Assembly: GCA_965278995.1 (NCBI GenBank) | Contig: OZ257136.1 | Location: forward strand, 1,491,057 to 1,555,056 | Origin: Gammaproteobacteria bacterium | GTDB taxonomy: Bacteria; Pseudomonadota; Gammaproteobacteria; Ga0077536 | Length of the DNA stretch: 64,000 nt | Reading direction: 5' to 3' | Shown here: positions 59,298 to 64,000 of the stretch, piece by piece | How the letters are laid out: each line of letters begins with the position of its first letter | Position numbering within the stretch: position 1 is the stretch's first letter | The notes under the pieces: generated by a model | What the model was told of the DNA's origin: nothing | Seen by the model: the letters and a program-made list of their open reading frames with translations, nothing else | Database searches by the model: none | Program-made: the position numbers and the translations under genes

Positions 59298-60152
59298 ATG
59301 AAAGATCACGCGGCTTTGATCGGGACGGTCATCAATCGGCAGGTGGCGACGTATAGCGAGAAGGACACCATTCTGTATGCGTTAGGGGTGGGGTTGGGGA
59401 CGGATCCGCTGGATGAACGCCAACTGCGGTATGTCTATGAAGACGGATTGACGGCGCTGCCGACCTTGGCGCTGGTGATTGCGTATCCGGGATTCTGGAT
59501 GCGCGATCCGGCGTATGGATTTGACTGGCAGAAAGTGCTGCATGCCGAGGAAACCCTGACCATTCATCGTCCGTTGCCGGTGGCGGGAACGATTACGGGC
59601 GAGACCGTCATCGAGGATGTCGTCGATCGGGGTGCGGATAAAGGATGTTTCGTCTATCTGCGTAAGGAATTGACAGCGGCTGATGGTACGCCGTTGGCGA
59701 CGGTCGGGTCGAATACGCTGGCGCGTGGTGATGGGGGTTTTGGAGGCACCTCGAAGGCGCGTCCGGCGATGCCGGCACCGCCGGAACGGGCGGCCGATGT
59801 CGTCTGCGATTTGCCGACCTTGGCACAGCAGGCACTGATTTATCGACTGACGGGAGACCTGAATCCGCTGCACGCTGACCCGTCGATTGCGCGCAATGTC
59901 GGCTTCGAGCGGCCCATTCTGCATGGGCGTTGCACCCTTGGTGTCGCCATGCACGCGCTGCTGCGCAGCTGCTGCGATTACGACGCCACGCGTCTGCGTA
60001 CCCTTGCCGTGCGATTCTCGGCGCCGTTCCTGCCTGGCGAGACGCTGCGTACCGAAATCTGGCGTGACGGCGAAATGGCTTATTTTCGTGCCAGTTCACT
60101 CGAGCGCGGCGTGGTCGTGATCAACAACGGCGCAGCCCGAATTACTGCCTGA
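59298..60152 (+). CDS. MaoC-like double-hotdog (R)-enoyl-CoA hydratase
   Basis: N-terminal non-catalytic hotdog half. C-terminal half with 'GDLNPLHADPSIARNVGFERPILHGRC' hydratase motif. Confidence 0.75.
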   Translation: MKDHAALIGTVINRQVATYSEKDTILYALGVGLGTDPLDERQLRYVYEDGLTALPTLALVIAYPGFWMRDPAYGFDWQKVLHAEETLTIHRPLPVAGTITGETVIEDVVDRGADKGCFVYLRKELTAADGTPLATVGSNTLARGDGGFGGTSKARPAMPAPPERAADVVCDLPTLAQQALIYRLTGDLNPLHADPSIARNVGFERPILHGRCTLGVAMHALLRSCCDYDATRLRTLAVRFSAPFLPGETLRTEIWRDGEMAYFRASSLERGVVVINNGAARITA

Positions 60153-60171
60153 GCGGCGGAGGATAGACTGC

Positions 60172-61389
60172 ATGCAACGGATATTGCACGGGCTGCGCAT
60201 CGTCGAAGGTTCGGCTTTCATCGCCGCACCGATGTGCGGTATGACCTTGGCGCAACTCGGTGCCGATGTGATTCGATTCGATCAGATCGGAGGCGGCATC
60301 GACTATCGTCGCTGGCCGGTGACCAAAGACAACACCAGTATCTACTGGGCCGAGATGAACAAGGGCAAACGTTCGATTGCGGTCGATTTGAAATCGCCGG
60401 CCGGGCGCGAACTGATTGCCGACCTGATCTGCGCCGACGGCGAGATGGGTGGCATTTTCTCGACCAATCTGCCGGCGCGCGGTTGGCTCGCCTATGAGAC
60501 GCTGGCGAAGCGCAGGCCGGATCTGATCCAGCATGAAATCGTCGGCGATCGTCACGGCTCAAGCGCGCTCGACTACACCGTCAACGCCAAAGTCGGCTTT
60601 CCGTACCTGACCGGGGCCGAAGACGACCCTCGCCCGGTCAATCATGTACTCCCAGCCTGGGACATCGCGACCGCTTATCTTGCCGCCATCGATATTCTTG
60701 CCGCCGAACGGCATCGTCGCCTGACCGGGGTCGGGCAGCAGATCAAGCTCGCACTCGCCGATGTCGCCCTGTCGGCGGTGGGTAACCTTGGCCTGATTGG
60801 TGAAATCCACATCAACAATGAGACGCGCGGCCGCAACGGCAATTATCTTTATGGCGCGCTCGGTCGCGATTTCGAGTCCGCCGATGGCCAACGCGTCATG
60901 ATCATCGCCATTAGCGCGAAACAATGGCAAGGGCTACTGAATGCGACTGGCCAGACCGACGAAGTCGCGTCACTCGGCGCCAGTCTGGGACTCGATTTCA
61001 ATCAGGAAGGCGATCGTTACCGGGCCCGACATGCGCTGTGTGCGCTGCTCGAACCGTGGTTCAAGCGCACGCCATTTGCGACCATGTCCAAAGTCTTCGA
61101 GGACTGCGGGATCTGTTGGGATAAATATCAGACCGTCCGCGAACTGGTCGAAACCGATCCCGATTGTTCGCCCGACAATCCGATTTTCTCCCGCATCGAA
61201 CAACCTGGCATCGGCACCTATCCGGTGTGCGGCACGCCGATGCATTTTTCCACCATCGAACGTTCGCCGCCGCGGCCTGCTCCGCGCGTCGGCCAGCACA
61301 CCGATGAAATTCTGGCCGACCTTCTTGGGCTCGACAGTGCGGCTATCGGCCGGCTGCACGACCAGGGCGTCGTCGCCGCTGCGGAGTAG
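60172..61389 (+). CDS. family III CoA-transferase (CaiB/BaiF; racemase/transferase)
   Basis: 'LHGLRIVEGSAFIAAPMCGMTLAQLGADVIRFD' family-III N-terminus. Confidence 0.75.
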   Translation: MQRILHGLRIVEGSAFIAAPMCGMTLAQLGADVIRFDQIGGGIDYRRWPVTKDNTSIYWAEMNKGKRSIAVDLKSPAGRELIADLICADGEMGGIFSTNLPARGWLAYETLAKRRPDLIQHEIVGDRHGSSALDYTVNAKVGFPYLTGAEDDPRPVNHVLPAWDIATAYLAAIDILAAERHRRLTGVGQQIKLALADVALSAVGNLGLIGEIHINNETRGRNGNYLYGALGRDFESADGQRVMIIAISAKQWQGLLNATGQTDEVASLGASLGLDFNQEGDRYRARHALCALLEPWFKRTPFATMSKVFEDCGICWDKYQTVRELVETDPDCSPDNPIFSRIEQPGIGTYPVCGTPMHFSTIERSPPRPAPRVGQHTDEILADLLGLDSAAIGRLHDQGVVAAAE

Positions 61390-61392
61390 ACG

Positions 61393-62460
61393 ATGAGCAC
61401 ACGCCAGGAGAAATTCTCCGGAACCAAACCGGTGCAGCAGCACCTGATGTTCGCCACCGACAAGCTAGAGAAGTTTTTGATCGCCGAAGTCGATGGCTAT
61501 CAGGGCCCGCTCGAAGTGCGCGAGTTCAAGGGCGGGCAGTCCAATCCAACCTACCAACTCATCACGCCGACGCGCCGATACGTCCTGCGTCGAAAGCCGC
61601 CGGGTGTACTGTTGCCTTCGGCGCATCAGGTCGATCGCGAATTTCGTGTCATCGACTGCCTCTATCGCGCGGGGTTTCCTGTACCGCGTGCGTTTGCGCA
61701 GAGCGATGACACCTCCATCGTCGGCACCATGTTCTATATCATGGAAATGGTCGAGGGCCGGATTCTTTGGGACCTCTCGCTGCCTGGCCACACGCCGGCC
61801 GAGCGCGGCGCGATTTACGACGCCATGGTGCAGACACTGGCCCATCTGCAACGGCTCGATCACATCAAGGTCGGATTGGATGGATTCGGCAAGACCAGCG
61901 ACTATATGGCGCGCCAGATCCATCGCTGGAGCAAGATCTATGTCGCTTCCGAAACGACGCCAATCCCGTTGATGGACAAATTGAACGAGTGGCTGCCCAA
62001 GAATATTCCGGCTTCCAGCGATACCTGCATCATTCACGGCGACTACCGTCTGGACAACATGATTCTGCATCCGACCGAACAGCGTGTCATCGCGGTGCTC
62101 GACTGGGAGTTGTCGACGCTTGGCGATCCGCTCGGTGATTTCACCTACCACATGGCGCCGTGGGTGATCCCGCCTATCGACGAACGCGTATCTAGCCTGG
62201 AAGGTCTCGATCTCGCCGCGCTCGGCATACCGACGCAGGCGCAGTACCTGGCCCGTTATTGCGAGCTGACCGGGCGAAAAGAGATTGCCCATATGGATTT
62301 CTACAATGCCTATACCGTGTGGCGGCTGGCGGCCATTTATCAAGGCATCATCAAACGGGTACAGGATGGCACTGCGGCGAGCACCGATGCGCCGAGCACG
62401 ACTGATATCGTTGAACAGTTTGCCGAACGTGCCTGGGCCTTCGCGCAAGGCCAGCGTTGA
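61393..62460 (+). CDS. phosphotransferase (APH/choline-kinase fold), ACAD10/11-associated type
   Basis: 'IHGDYRLDNMIL' Brenner motif and a 'DWELSTLGDP' DxE region. Adjacent to ACAD genes. Confidence 0.7.
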   Translation: MSTRQEKFSGTKPVQQHLMFATDKLEKFLIAEVDGYQGPLEVREFKGGQSNPTYQLITPTRRYVLRRKPPGVLLPSAHQVDREFRVIDCLYRAGFPVPRAFAQSDDTSIVGTMFYIMEMVEGRILWDLSLPGHTPAERGAIYDAMVQTLAHLQRLDHIKVGLDGFGKTSDYMARQIHRWSKIYVASETTPIPLMDKLNEWLPKNIPASSDTCIIHGDYRLDNMILHPTEQRVIAVLDWELSTLGDPLGDFTYHMAPWVIPPIDERVSSLEGLDLAALGIPTQAQYLARYCELTGRKEIAHMDFYNAYTVWRLAAIYQGIIKRVQDGTAASTDAPSTTDIVEQFAERAWAFAQGQR

Positions 62461-62504
62461 CATGAACAGCCGCCTTTTCGACAACGTCACCTGATGGATG
62501 CACG

Positions 62505-63671
62505 ATGACCTCAGCAGCAGACAAACTCCGCTTCGAGCCGTGCGAATTGCCGCCGGCGCTCGCGACATTGCGGGCCGAAGTACGCGACTTTCTCGCCACC
62601 GCGCTGGTCGACGTACCGGTCGTGAAACGCAGCCACAGCTGGGAAGCATACGATACCGAGTTTTCGGCCCGGCTCGGTGAGCGCGGCTGGATCGGCATGA
62701 CACTGCCGACTGCTTACGGCGGACATGGCCGCAGCGCGTTCGAGCGTTATGTTGTGGTCGAAGAGTGCCTGGTCGCTGGCGCCCCGACTGCTTTTCACTG
62801 GGTCGCTGACCGGCAGAGCGGACCGTTGCTGGTGCGCTACGCGACGGAAGCACAGAAGAAGACCATCATCCCGCAGATCACGGCGGGCCGGGCCTGTTTC
62901 GCCATTGGCATGAGTGAGCCGAATTCCGGCTCCGACCTGGCCTCACTGCGGACACGGGCCGAGCGGACCGCCGACGGCTGGCGCGTCAATGGCACCAAGA
63001 TCTGGACCAGCAATGCGCATCGTGCAAATTACATGATCGCGCTGTTCCGAACCGATCCCGATCCGGACAAGAAGCACGCCGGCCTGTCGCAATTCCTGAT
63101 CGATTTGCGCGTGACCAAAGGCATTACGCCGCGCCCAATTCAGAATCTGGCCGGTGGGCGAAATTTTAACGAAGTCTCGTTCGTCGATGCCGAACTTCCG
63201 GCCGATGCGCTGATCGGAATCGAGGGCCAGGGCTGGCGTCAGGTTACCGAAGAACTTGCCTTCGAGCGTAGCGGCCCGGAGCGGTATTTGTCGTGCTTCT
63301 TCCTGCTGCGCAAGCTCGTCGATGTCGTGCGAGAGCGGGCCTCGCCGGCGACGCTGGCACGGATCGGTTCGCAGATCGCATGGACGACGACACTCAGAAA
63401 CATGTCGCTCAGCATCGCAGCGAAGCTCAATGCTGGGCAGGATCCGGCACTCGAAGCGTCGGTCGTGAAAGATCTTGGCTGCCAGTTCGAACAGGCCATG
63501 CCGGGACTGGCGCAGGAACTGTGCGAACTGGAGCCAACGCTCGAGCATTTTGGTTCGGAGTATCAGCAGATTCTGGGATCGCTGGTGCAGGTGGTACCGT
63601 CGTTTTCACTGCGCGGCGGCACTCCGGAAATCATGCGCGGCATCATCGCCAAAGGTCTGGGTGTGCGATGA
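62505..63671 (+). CDS. acyl-CoA dehydrogenase
   Basis: ACAD motifs 'GMSEPNSGSDLASLRTRA'. ATGA overlap with the next ACAD gene. Confidence 0.8.
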   Translation: MTSAADKLRFEPCELPPALATLRAEVRDFLATALVDVPVVKRSHSWEAYDTEFSARLGERGWIGMTLPTAYGGHGRSAFERYVVVEECLVAGAPTAFHWVADRQSGPLLVRYATEAQKKTIIPQITAGRACFAIGMSEPNSGSDLASLRTRAERTADGWRVNGTKIWTSNAHRANYMIALFRTDPDPDKKHAGLSQFLIDLRVTKGITPRPIQNLAGGRNFNEVSFVDAELPADALIGIEGQGWRQVTEELAFERSGPERYLSCFFLLRKLVDVVRERASPATLARIGSQIAWTTTLRNMSLSIAAKLNAGQDPALEASVVKDLGCQFEQAMPGLAQELCELEPTLEHFGSEYQQILGSLVQVVPSFSLRGGTPEIMRGIIAKGLGVR

Positions 63672-64000
63672 ACGAGACGCAGCAGATACTCGAAGACTCA
63701 GTCAACCGCTTGTTCGGTGACCGCCTTGGCTGGGACGCCCTGACGGCAATCGAAGAACATGGCTTTCCGGCGGCGCTGTGGACGGAAGTCACCGAGCAGG
63801 GCATCCATAAAGTACTCGCTGACGAGAGCGCTGGCGGTATGGGCGTCGGATGGGCCGATGCGTATCCAGTGCTGCGCGCGTGTGGACGGCACGCCGTGCC
63901 GCTGCCGATACCGGAGGCCATCATCGTCGAATGGCTGGCGCGTCTGGCCGGGGTGACCCTGCCAGAGGGGATCCCCGGGTTGCTGCCGAACGTGATCACG
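63668..64000 (+). CDS. acyl-CoA dehydrogenase (3' partial, runs off the window)
   Basis: Read by hand: ATG at 63668 translates to 'MNETQQILEDSVNRLFGDRLGWDALTAIEEHGFPAALW...', an ACAD N-terminal domain. It is absent from the ORF track because no stop falls inside the window. Confidence 0.6.
   Translation, partial: MNETQQILEDSVNRLFGDRLGWDALTAIEEHGFPAALWTEVTEQGIHKVLADESAGGMGVGWADAYPVLRACGRHAVPLPIPEAIIVEWLARLAGVTLPEGIPGLLPNVIT

Overview
This 64 kb window is a GC-rich (about 65% by eye), densely coding chromosomal segment that looks proteobacterial. The evidence for that is a RegB/RegA-type redox two-component pair, two proteins with VPLPA-CTERM (PEP-CTERM-like) exosortase sorting tails, and lipobox/Sec signals. 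I found no rRNA, tRNA, CRISPR array, transposase or integrase. The region is almost entirely metabolic. (1) A tetR-icmF operon encodes the fused B12-dependent isobutyryl-CoA mutase together with a BtuF-like B12-binding protein that has no signal peptide. (2) A roughly 12 kb minus-strand acyl-CoA operon carries two thiolase/DUF35 modules. One of them is an HMG-CoA-synthase-like::DUF35 fusion sitting next to an SCP-x-type thiolase, the arrangement known for the archaeal thiolase/HMGCS/DUF35 complex. This operon also contains a haloalkane dehalogenase with an intact catalytic pentad and a panB paralogue. (3) A complete deazaflavin F420 biosynthesis operon (cofE-cofD-cofC-fbiC plus a family III CoA-transferase) is surrounded by six luciferase-like (LLM) oxidoreductase paralogues. 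(4) An alpha-gamma-beta hydantoinase cluster resembles acetone carboxylase, and is followed by a FAH-family gene and a quinone oxidoreductase. (5) Two secreted proteins end in VPLPA-CTERM. One is a 1283-aa glycine-rich low-complexity giant and the other carries thrombospondin-type-3 Ca-binding repeats. Two intergenic regions hold unexplained structured repeats: a roughly 270 bp nested palindromic element at 44.4-44.66 kb, and degenerate 33-bp tandem repeats plus a long inverted repeat at 58.7-59.1 kb. Many long antisense ORFs in the six-frame track are GC-driven artefacts and were rejected. All functional calls come from motif-level reading of the translations. I ran no database searches.
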